Of a DNA stretch of 53,742 nt, positions 37,902 through 49,083 are shown piece by piece. Position 1 is the stretch's first letter; each line of letters begins with the position of its first letter. The position numbers and the translations under genes were made by a program. This DNA is from Isurus oxyrinchus (Eukaryota): positions 124,001-177,742 of the forward strand of contig JANJGN010001184.1 in the NCBI GenBank assembly GCA_026770705.1. Reading direction: 5' to 3'. Under the pieces are notes generated by a model that was given only the letters and a program-made list of their open reading frames with translations, made no database searches and had not been told where the DNA came from.

Positions 37902-39431
37902 GTACAGGAGCTGTTTACACTCACTCCAAAGCTTCAATCTCAGTGTGTAGACAACACATGTCCCAGATTCCCAGCCCAGTTACCCACTGATTTGTACCTG
38001 TGGAGTCAGCAATGGTTCAGTATCATGCAGTCTCTCTGTTATGACACAGCAACTGGTAAAGGCTGTTGTTTAAAATCCCAGAGGGAAACTTTAAACAACT
38101 GTCATAACCTATATTTCCCAGTGGAATGTTTGAGATGCAGCTCTAAATTCAGGAATAAGACCACCAGTTCTTGAGATGGTTTTATATCAAACTACTTGAG
38201 ACATTTATTAATTTACACAAGTTAAACATATGCACATGGCTACAAACTAGTATTATCATAAATTTTTAACAAATTCTCAAACTAATCTCCTCTAAGACAA
38301 CCCATTGTCTTTAAGCAGACACCCAGGCAAAGCATTTTCACCTCACAAATTCCAAATGAGGTTCCTTTCACTTTGGTTCCTTTGCAGACAAGTATAGGCT
38401 TACCGCTGCTTTGCTGTTACAAGCGTCTGCTCTGCACACACAAAACTGCTCAAGTTATACCCAGCTCTTGAGTTTAAAGAAGACGGAGATTGATACGCTC
38501 TTGATTGGTCAGGGGATCAAAGGTTAGGGGAGAAGGTGGGAGAATGGGGTTTGTGAAACATATCAGCCATGTATGAATGGTGGAGCAGACTCGATGGACC
38601 GAATGGTCTAATTTCTCCTCCTATGTCTTATGGTCTTATGGCTTCTGTTTGAAGGTAAATTCGTAATGTATCATCAGGACCTTTGAACTCCATCTCTTCC
38701 AATAATAAATCCCCTTTCATCGTATCAATTTTATTAGTAATATAAACGTTGATTGGTTTAAGATTTCACTCTCAGACTTTGAATGTTTTATTTAAAAATG
38801 CAAATTACCACTTTACCTCTTTGTTTACATCTCAAAACTACTATACATCAAAGCACACAGACTGGCTGTCTTTAATCCAATTAAAATACACACAGACACA
38901 CACACAGACTAAACCTCTGTTTAAAAAGACAGTTTGCAATTACAATACAAAAATTAATAGATTAATAACACTCTGTCTCTATCCCTCCTCTATCCCTCTC
39001 TCTCATCCTCTCTCTGATTACAAGGTTCATGTTATTGAGCCTCACACCGGGCACCTGTGTGCAGCATCCAAGCCGGCACTCACCAGAGCCATTACCGATT
39101 GAGTGCGAGACTGACAGAGGCTCAGTACTGAGGGAGTGCTGCACTGTTGGAGGGTCAGTACTGAGGGTGTGCTTCACTGTCGGAGGGACAGTACTGAGGG
39201 AATGTTGAACTGTCGGAGGGTCAGTACTGAGGGAGCGCTGTATTGTCGGAGGGTCAGCACTGAGGGAGTGCTGCACTGTTGGAGGGTCAGTACTGAGGGA
39301 GTGCTGCACTGCCATAGGTGGTTTCTTTTATCCGATAGGAGAGAGAGAATTAAACGAGTCTGCACAATAATTTAACCCTATCAGTAACAGTAATTGATGT
39401 GAGGATGTCTTCTGTTTCCATTTCTCTGTAG

Positions 39432-39680
39432 GGTAAACAGAACGTGCTGATTACTGAGCCCCAGAACACAACCAGAGATACAACTAGTGAGGGGGAGACC
39501 CCAGCTCCCCGGGGTCTCTCTGAAGGTCCAGTGGGAGGCGATGTTGGACATGGGAACCCCGACAAACCTGAAGAGTTTCTCTACGCCAATCCCCAAGTCT
39601 TGAGGATGTCCAGTGGTGATGGGTCTGTCCACAGGGAAGAGGAGACGGAATACGCACAGATCAGGTTCGAGCATAACTGA
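39432..39680 (+). CDS. Terminal cytoplasmic exon, cassette 2 (FLYANP + TEYAQI)
   Basis: Intact acceptor and open frame to TGA. Confidence 0.68.
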   Translation, partial: GKQNVLITEPQNTTRDTTSEGETPAPRGLSEGPVGGDVGHGNPDKPEEFLYANPQVLRMSSGDGSVHREEETEYAQIRFEHN

Positions 39681-39905
39681 ATGAGAAATGGGGAGAGTGA
39701 GTGAAGAGGTATCAGGGTGGGGGTAGTGATTGAGATTCCTGGGAACAGGAAACAACCCACTGGGGGAGAGGGAGAGAGAGGGAGGAAGGGATGGAATTAG
39801 GCTGCGGTTGGTGTGGTTTGGAATGAAATGCTTCTCCAGAAAGGACTCAGTCCTTTCTGGAGAAGCATTTCATTTCACTGTCTCTCTCTCTCTCTCTCTC
39901 TCTCC

Positions 39906-39936
<31 letters not shown>

Positions 39937-40858
39937 CCTGTCTCTGTCTTTCTTTCTGTGTCTGTCTCTCATTCCCTATCTCCAGCTCCTCCTTTAAGAT
40001 GCCCGTTAATAACTGACTTTGTTGACTCAGCTGTTGGTCTCCTGTCCCTAATATCTCCTCATTTGCCTCAGAGTCAGGTGAAGATGTCACTAACAATCCC
40101 CGGATGAGCCTTGGGACGTTTTGCTACATTGAAGGTGCTATATAAATGCAAGTAGTTGTAGTAACTCTGATCTGCTTCGATTAACAATGGAACCACAAAG
40201 GCTCCTTCGACAGGGCGTGTGTGCAGCAGGATCACAGTAAATACATTGAGCTGTGAGATTTTTAATTCTTTCATCGAATGTGGCTGTCACTGGTGACGTC
40301 AGCGTTAATGCCCATCCCTAATTGCCCTTGAGAAGGTGGTGGTGAGCTGCCTTCTTGACCCACTGCGGTCCATGTGGTGTAGGTACACCCAAAGTGCTGT
40401 TAGAGAGGGAGTTCCAGGATTCTGACCCAGCGACAGTGAAGGAACGGTGATATATTTCCAAGTCAGGATGGTGAGTGACTTGGAGGGGAACTTCCAGGTG
40501 GTGGTGTTCCCATGTGTCTGCTGCCCTTGTCATTCTAGATGGTAGAGGTCGTGGGTTTGGAAGGTGCTGTTGAAGGAGCCTTGCTGAGTTGCTGCAGTGC
40601 ATCTTGTAGATGGTACACACACTGCTGCCACTGTGTGTTCGTGGTGAAGGGAGTGAATGTTTAATGTGGTGGATGGGGTGTCGATCAATCGGGCTGCTTT
40701 GTCCTGGATGGTGTCAAGCTTCTTGATTCTGTGCTTTGTGCAGAACTGATTTAAAGAGACAGTCCAGTCGTTGGTGTAAGGTTACAGTGGGCTCTGTGTC
40801 TGTGCTGCACTGACTCTCTGCTATATGATAACCACAGTGTGATATTGTGTTATTGCAG

Positions 40859-40940
40859 GAGAAAGACAGCGATGGAGGAGAGAGTTTCAGGGACCAGTGA
40901 CATTGCATTGACCCCCAGTCCACTCTCTGTGAATCACCAG
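40859..40940 (+). CDS. Cytoplasmic linker exon, cassette 3
   Basis: Intact copy. Confidence 0.65.
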
Positions 40941-42539
40941 GTACAGGAGCTGTTTACACTCACTCCAAAGCTTCTATCTCAGTGTGTAGACAACACATGT
41001 CCCAGATTCCCAGCCCAGTTACCCACTGATTTGTACCTGTGGAGTCAGCAATGGTTCAGTATCATGCAGTCTCTCTGTTATGACACAGCAACTGGTAAAG
41101 GCTGTTGTTTAAAATCCCAGAGGGAAACTTTAAACAACTGTCATAACCTATATTTCCCAGTGGAATGTTTGAGATGCATCTCTAAATTCAGGAATAAGAC
41201 CACCAGTTCTTGAGATGGTTTTATATCAAACTACTTGAGACATTTATTAATTTACACAAGTTAAACATATGCACATGGCTACAAACTAGTATTATCATAA
41301 ATTTTTAACAAATTCTCAAACTAATCTCCTCTAAGACAACCCATTGTCTTTAAGTAGACACCCAGGCAAAGCATTTTCACCTCACAAATTCCAAATGAGG
41401 TTCCTTTCACTTTGGTTCCTTTGCAGACAGGTGTAGGCTTACAGCTGCTTTGATGTTACAAGCCTCTGCTCTGCACACACAAAACTGCTCAAGTTATACC
41501 CAGCTCTTGAGTGTAAAGAAGACGGAGATTGATACGCTCTTGATTGGTCAGGGGATCAAAGGTTAGGAGAGAAGGTTGGAGAATTGGGTTTGTGAAACAT
41601 ATCAGCCATGTATGAATGGTGGAGCAGACTCGATGGACCGAATGGTCTAATTTCTCCTCCTATGTCTTATGGTCTTATGGCTTCTGTTTGAAGGTAAATT
41701 CGCAATGTATCATCAGGACCTTTGAACTCCATCTCTTCCAATAATAAATCCCCTTTCATCGTATCAATTTTATTAGTAATATAAACGTTGATTGGTTTAA
41801 GATTTCACTCTCAGACTTTGAATGTTTTATTTAAAAATGCAAATTACCACTTTACCTCTTTGTTTACATCTCAAAACTACTATACATCAAAGCACACAGA
41901 CTGGCTGGCTTTAATCCAATTTAAATACACACAGACACACACACAGACTAAACCTCTGTTTAAAAAGACAGTTTGCAATTACATTACATACATTAATAGA
42001 TTCATAACACTCTGTCTCTGTCCCTTCATCTCTATCTCTCTCTCTCATCCTCTCTCTGATTACAAGGATCATGTTATTGAGCCTCACACCAGGCACCTGA
42101 GTGCAGAATCCAAGCCGTCACTCACCAGAGCCATTACCGATTGAGTGCGAGGCTGACAGAGGGTCAGTACTGAGGGAGTGCTGCACTGTTGGAGGGTCAG
42201 TACTGAGGGAGTGCTGCACTGACGGAGGGTCAGTACTGAGGGAGTGCTGCACTGTTGGAGGGTCAGTACTGAGGGAGTGCTGCACTGACAGAGGGTCAGT
42301 ACTGAGGGAGTGCTGCACTGTCGATGGGTCAGTACTGAGGGAGCGCTGTATTGTCGGAGGGTCAGCACTGAGGGAGTGCTGCACTGTTGGAGGGTCAGTA
42401 CTGAGGGAGTGCTGCACTGCCATAGGTGGTTTCTTTTATCCGATAGGAGAGAGAGAATTAAATGAGTCAGCACAATAATTTAACCCTATCAGTAACAGTA
42501 ATTGATGTGAGGATGTCTTCTGTTTCCATTTCTCTGTAG

Positions 42540-42788
42540 GGTAAACAGAACGTGCTGATTACTGAGCCCCAGAACACAACCAGAGACACAACTAGTGAGG
42601 GGGAGACCCCAGCTCCCCGGGGTCTCTCTGAAGATGCAGTGGGAGGCGATGTTGGACATGGGAACGCCGACAAACCTGAAGAGTTTCTCTACGCCAATCC
42701 CCAAGTCTTGAGGATGTCCAGTGGTGATGGGTCTGTCCACAGGGAAGAGGAGACGGAATACGCACAGATCAGGTTCGAGCATAACTGA
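42540..42788 (+). CDS. Terminal cytoplasmic exon, cassette 3 (FLYANP + TEYAQI)
   Basis: Intact acceptor and open frame. Confidence 0.68.
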   Translation, partial: GKQNVLITEPQNTTRDTTSEGETPAPRGLSEDAVGGDVGHGNADKPEEFLYANPQVLRMSSGDGSVHREEETEYAQIRFEHN

Positions 42789-42985
42789 ATGAGAAATGGG
42801 GAGAGTGAGTGAAGAGGTATGGGGTTGGGGGTAGGGATTGAGATTCCTGGGAACAGGAAGCAACCCACTGGGGGAGAGGGGGAGCGAGGGAGGAAGGGAT
42901 GGAATTGGGCTGCGGTTGGTGTGGTTTGGAATGAAATGCTTCTCCAGAGAGGACTGGATGCTGAGCCATTGGGGATAGAGATTCA

Positions 42986-43019
<34 letters not shown>

Positions 43020-43974
43020 GGCTCTCTCCCTCTCTCTCTCTCTCTCTCCCTCCCTCTCTCTGTCTTTCTTTCTGTGTCTGTCTCTCATTCTCTATCTCCA
43101 GCTCCTCCTTTAAGATGCCCGTTAATAACTGACTTTGTTGACTCAGCTGTTGGTCTCCTGTCCCTAATATCTCCTCATGTGCCTCAAAGTCAGGTGAAGA
43201 TGTCACTAACAAGCCCCGGATGAGCCTTTGCACATTTTGCTACATTGAAGGTGCTATATAAATGCAAGTAGTTGTAGTAACTCTGATCTGCTTCGATTAA
43301 CAATGGAACCACAAAGGCTCCTTCAACAGGGCGTGTGTGCAGGAGGGTCACAATAAATACATTGAGCTGTGAGATTTTTAATTCTTTCATCGAATGTGGC
43401 TGTCACTGGTGATGTCAGCGTTAATGCCCATCCCTAATTGCCCTTGAGAACGTGGTGGTGAGCTGCCTTCTTGACCCGCTGCAGTCCATGTGGTGTAGGT
43501 ACACCCACAGTGCTGTTAGAGAGGGAGTTCCAGGAGTTTGACCCTGCGACAGTGAAGGAACGGTGATATATTTCCAAGTCAGGATGGTGAGTGACTTGGA
43601 GGGGAACTTCCAGGTGGTGGTGTTCCCATGTGTCTGCTGCCCTTGTCCTTCTAGATGGTAGAGGTCGTGGGTTTGGAAGGTGCTGTCGAAGGAGCCTTGC
43701 TGAGTTGCTGCAGTGCATCTTGTAGATGGTACACACACTGCTGCCACTGTGTGTTCATGGTGGAGGGAGTGAATGTTTAATGTGGGGGATGGGGTGTAGA
43801 TCAATCGGGCTGCTTTGTCCTGGATGGTGTCAAGCTTCTTGATTCTGTGCTTTGTGCAGAACTGATTTAAAGAGACAGTCCAGTTGTTGGTGTAAGGTTA
43901 CAGTGGGCTCTGTGTCTGTGCTGCACTGACTCTCTGCTATATGATAACCACAGTGTGATATTGTGTTATTTCAG

Positions 43975-44056
43975 GAGAAAGACAGCGATGGAGGAGAGAG
44001 TTTCAGGGACCAGTGACATTGCATTGACCCCCAGTCCACTCTCTGTGAAGCACCAG
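43975..44056 (+). CDS. Cytoplasmic linker exon, cassette 4
   Basis: Intact copy with tttcag acceptor. Confidence 0.65.
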
Positions 44057-45589
44057 GTACAGGAGCTGTTTACACTCACTCCAAAGCTTCAATCTCAGTG
44101 TGTAGACAACACATGTCCCAGATTCCCAGCCCAGTTACCCACTGATTTGTACCTGTGGAGTCAGCAATGGTTCAGTATCATGCTGTCTCTCTGTTATGAC
44201 ACAGCAACTGGTAAAGGCTGTTGTTTAAAATCCCAGAGGGAAACTTTAAACAACTGTCATAACCTATATTTCCCAGTGGAATGTTTGAGATGCATCTCTA
44301 AATTCAGGAATAAGACCACCAGTTCTTGAGATGGTTTTATATCAAACTACTTGAGATATTTATTAATTTACACAAGTTAAACATATGCACATGGCTACAA
44401 ACTAGTATTATCATAAATTTTTAACAAATTCTCAAACTAATCTCCTCTAAGACAACCCATTGTCTTTAAGCAGACACCCCGGCAAAGCATTTTCACCTCA
44501 CAAATTCCAAATGAGGTTCCTTTCACTTTGGTTTTTTTGCAGACAGGTGTAGGCTTACAGCTGCTTTGATGTTACAAGCGTCTGCTCTGCACACACAAAA
44601 CTGCTCAAGTTATACCCAGCTCTTGAGTGTAAAGAAGACGGAGATTGATACGCTCTTGATTGGTCAGGGGATCAAAGGTTAGGAGAGAAGGTTGGAGAAT
44701 TGGGTTTGTGAAACATATCAGCCATGTATGAATGGTGGAGCAGACTCGATGGACCGAATGGTCTAATTTCTCCTCCTATGTCTTATGGTCTTATGGCTTC
44801 TGTTTGAAGGTAAATTCGCAATGTATCATCAGGACCTTTGAACTCCATCTCTTCCAATAATAAATCCCCGTTCATCGTATCAATTTTATTAGTAATATAA
44901 ACGTTGATTGGTTTAAGATTTCACTTTCAGGCATTTAATGTTTTATTTACAAATGCAAATTACCACTTTACCTCTTTGTTTACATCTCAAAACTACTATA
45001 CATCAAAGCACACAGACTGGCTGGCTTTAATCCAATTAAAATACACACAGGCACACACACAGACTAAACCTCTGTTTAAAAAGACAGTTTGCAATTACAT
45101 TACATACATTAATAGATTCATAACACTCTGTCTCTGTTCTTTCATCTCTATCTCTCTCTCTAATCCTCTCTCTGATTACAAGGTTCATGTTATTGAGCCT
45201 CACACCAGGCACCTGTGTGCAGCATCCAAGCCGTCACTCACCAGAGCCATTACCGATTGAGTGCGAGACTGACAGAGGGTCAGTACTGAGGGAGTGCTGC
45301 ACTGTTGGAGGGTCAGTACTGAGGGAGTGCTGCACTGACAGAGGGTCAGTACTGAGGGAGTGCTGCACTGTCGTTGGGTCAGTACTGAGGGAGCGCTGTA
45401 TTGTCAGAGGGTCAGGACTGAGGGAGTGCTGCACTGTTGGAGGGTCAGTACTGAGGGAGTGCTGTACTGCCATTGGTGGTTTCTTTTATCCGATAGGAGA
45501 GAGAGAATTAAATGAGTCTGCACAATAATTTAACCCTATCAGTAACAGTAATTGATGTGAGGATGTCTTCTGTTTCCATTTCTCTGTAG

Positions 45590-45838
45590 GGTAAACAGAA
45601 CGTGCTGATTACTGAGCCCCAGAACACAACCAGAGACACAACTATTGAGGGGGAGACCCCAGCTCCCCGGGGTCTCTCTAAAGGTCCAGTGGGAGGCGAT
45701 GTTGGACATGGGAACCCCGACAAACCTGAAGAGTTTCTCTACGCCAATCCCCAAGTCTTGAGGATGTCCAGTGGTGATGGGTCTGTCCACAGGGAAGAGG
45801 AGACGGAATACGCACAGATCAGGTTCGAGCATAACTGA
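45590..45838 (+). CDS. Terminal cytoplasmic exon, cassette 4 (FLYANP + TEYAQI)
   Basis: Intact acceptor and open frame. Confidence 0.68.
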   Translation, partial: GKQNVLITEPQNTTRDTTIEGETPAPRGLSKGPVGGDVGHGNPDKPEEFLYANPQVLRMSSGDGSVHREEETEYAQIRFEHN

Positions 45839-46035
45839 ATGAGAAATGGGGAGAGTGAGTGAGTAGCTATGGGGTTGGGGGTAGGGATTGAGATTCCTGG
45901 GAACAGGAAGCAACCCACTGGGGGAGAGGGGGAGAGAGGGAGGAAGGGATGGAATTGGGCTGCGGTTGGTGTGGTTTGGAATGAAATGCTTCTCCAGAGA
46001 GGACTGGATGCTGAGCCATTGGGGATAGAGATTCA

Positions 46036-46070
<35 letters not shown>

Positions 46071-47026
46071 GCTCTGTCCCTCTCTCTCTCTCTCTCTCTC
46101 CCTCCCTCTCTCTGTCTTTCTTTCTGTGTCTGTCTCTCATTCTCTATCTCCAGCTCCTCCTTTAAGATGCCCGTTAATAACTGACTTTGTTGACTCAGCT
46201 GTTGGTCTCCTGTCCCTAATATCTCCTCATGTGCCTCAGAGTCAGGTGAAGATGTCACTAACAAGCCCCGGATGAGCCTTTGCACATTTTGCTACATTGA
46301 AGGTGCTATATAAATGCAAGTAGTTGTAGTAACTCTGATCTGCTTCGATTAACAATGGAACCACAAAGGCTCCTTCAACAGGGCGTGTGTGCAGCAGGGT
46401 CACAATAAATACATTGAGCTGTGAGATTTTTAATTCTTTCATCGAATGTGGCTGTCACTGGTGATGTCAGCGTTAATGCCCATCCCTAATTGCCCTTGAG
46501 AAGGTGGTGGTGAGCTGCCTTCTTGACCCGCTGCAGTCCATGTGGCGTAGGTACACCCACAGTGCTGTTAGAGAGGGAGTTCCAGGAGTTTGACCCAGCG
46601 ACAGTGAAGGAACGGTGATATATTTCCAAGTCAGGATGGTGAGTGACTTGGAGGGGAACTTCCAGGTGGTGGTGTTCCCATGTGTCTGCTGCTCTTGTCC
46701 TTCTAGATGATAGAGGTCGTGGGTTTGGAAGGTGCTGTTGAAGGATCCTTGCTGAGTTGCTGCAGTGCATCTTGTAGATGGTACACACACTGCTTCCACT
46801 GTGTGTTCGTGGTGGAGGGAGTGAATGTTTAATGTGGTGGATGGGGTGTAGATCAATCGGGCTGCTTTGTTGTGGATGGTGTCAAGCTTCTTGATTCTGT
46901 GCTTTGTGCAGAAGTGATTTAAAGAGACAGTCCAGTTGTCGGTGTAAGGTTTCAGTGGGCTCTGTGTCTGTGCTGCACTGACTCTCTGCTATATGATAAC
47001 AACAGTGTGATATTGTGTTATTGCAG

Positions 47027-47108
47027 GAGAAAGACAGCGATGGAGGAGAGAGTTTCAGGGACCAGTGACATTGCATTGACCCCCAGTTCACTCTCTGTGA
47101 AGCACCAG
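47027..47108 (+). CDS. Cytoplasmic linker exon, cassette 5
   Basis: Intact copy. Confidence 0.68.
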
Positions 47109-48641
47109 GTACAGGAACTGTTTACACTCACTCCAAAGCTTCAATCTCAGTGTGTAGACAACACATGTCCCAGATTCCCAGCCCAGTTACCCACTGATTT
47201 GTACCTGTGGAGTCAGCAATGGTTCAGTATCATGCAGTCTCTCTGTTATGACACAGCAACTGGTAAAGGCTGTTGTTTAAAATCCCAGAGGGAAACTTTA
47301 AACAACTGTCATAACCTATATTTCCCAGTGGAATGTTTGAGATGCAGCTCTAAATTCAGGAATAAGACCACCAGTTCTTGAGATGGTTTTATATCAAACT
47401 ACTTGAGATATTTATTAATTTACACAAGTTAAACATATGCACATGGCTACAAACTAGTATTATCATAAATTTTTAACAAATTCTCAAACTAATCTCCTCT
47501 AAGACAACCCATTGTCTTTAAGCAGACACCCCGGCAAAGCATTTTCACCTCACAAATTCCAAATGAGGTTCCTTTCACTTTGGTTTTTTTGCAGACAGGT
47601 GTAGGCTTACAGCTGCTTTGATGTTACAAGCGTCTGCTCTGCACACACAAAACTGCTCAAGTTATACCCAGCTCTTGAGTGTAAAGAAGACGGAGATTGA
47701 TACGCTCTTGATTGGTCAGGGGATCAAAGGTTAGGAGAGAAGGTTGGAGAATTGGGTTTGTGAAACATATCAGCCATGTATGAATGGTGGAGCAGACTCG
47801 ATGGACCGAATGGTCTAATTTCTCCTCCTATGTCTTATGGTCTTATGGCTTCTGTTTGAAGGTAAATTCGCAATGTATCATCAGGACCTTTGAACTCCAT
47901 CTCTTCCAATAATAAATCCCCGTTCATCGTATCAATTTTATTAGTAATATAAACGTTGATTGGTTTAAGATTTCACTTTCAGGCATTTAATGTTTTATTT
48001 ACAAATGCAAATTACCACTTTACCTCTTTGTTTACATCTCAAAACTACTATACATCAAAGCACACAGACTGGCTGGCTTTAATCCAATTAAAATACACAC
48101 AGGCACACACACAGACTAAACCTCTGTTTAAAAAGACAGTTTGCAATTACATTACATACATTAATAGATTCATAACACTCTGTCTCTGTTCTTTCATCTC
48201 TATCTCTCTCTCTAATCCTCTCTCTGATTACAAGGTTCATGTTATTGAGCCTCACACCAGGCACCTGTGTGCAGCATCCAAGCCGTCACTCACCAGAGCC
48301 ATTACCGATTGAGTGCGAGACTGACAGAGGGTCAGTACTGAGGGAGTGCTGCACTGTTGGAGGGTCAGTACTGAGGGAGTGCTGCACTGACAGAGGGTCA
48401 GTACTGAGGGAGTGCTGCACTGTCGTTGGGTCAGTACTGAGGGAGCGCTGTATTGTCAGAGGGTCAGGACTGAGGGAGTGCTGCACTGTTGGAGGGTCAG
48501 TACTGAGGGAGTGCTGTACTGCCATTGGTGGTTTCTTTTATCCGATAGGAGAGAGAGAATTAAATGAGTCTGCACAATAATTTAACCCTATCAGTAACAG
48601 TAATTGATGTGAGGATGTCTTCTGTTTCCATTTCTCTGTAG

Positions 48642-48890
48642 GATGAACAGAACGTGCTGATTACTGAGCCCCAGAACACAAAGAGAGACGCAACTAGCGA
48701 GGGGGAGACCCCAGCTCCCCGGGGTCTCTCTGAAGATGCAGTGGGAGGCGATGTTGGACATGGGAACCCCGACAAACCAGACGAGCTTTTCTACGCCAAC
48801 ATCAACTTTTCAAAGCTGCCCAGCGGTGACAGGACTGTGCACAGGAGCGAGGACACGGAATACACACAGATCAGGTTCCAGAAAAACTGA
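48642..48890 (+). CDS. Terminal cytoplasmic exon, cassette 5 (canonical ITIM LFYANI + ITSM TEYTQI)
   Basis: DEQNVLITEP...DELFYANINFSKL...EDTEYTQIRFQKN*. Same arrangement as CD33 LHYASL/TEYSEV. Confidence 0.82.
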   Translation, partial: DEQNVLITEPQNTKRDATSEGETPAPRGLSEDAVGGDVGHGNPDKPDELFYANINFSKLPSGDRTVHRSEDTEYTQIRFQKN

Positions 48891-49083
48891 GTGTGAAACA
48901 GGGAGCGGGGCTGTGGGGTGTGTGCAGCCAACATGGCCAAATAGTAATGAACACAAATATGATGTTGCTCAACTTTTTTTATTGATTCTGAGTGAGCTTT
49001 CTGAATGCTGCACCTTTTTCCATGCTGTAAAAGATTGTGAGAAGCTTATGTATTATGTATAATTTTACTTCTGTTAATACAAG

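Larger units (their letters stand above)
34275..48780 (+). repeat. Five-copy tandem segmental repeat, unit about 2.9-3.1 kb (CR1 3' fragment, linker exon, solo LTR, minisatellite, terminal exon, (CT)n)
   Basis: Linker exons recur at 34889, 37820, 40859, 43975 and 47027. Confidence 0.95.

Noticed and set aside
26158-48890. Assigning a specific symbol (CD33, MAG, SIGLEC14, CD22)
   Set aside because: Family features are clear, but orthology cannot be established without phylogeny and synteny.
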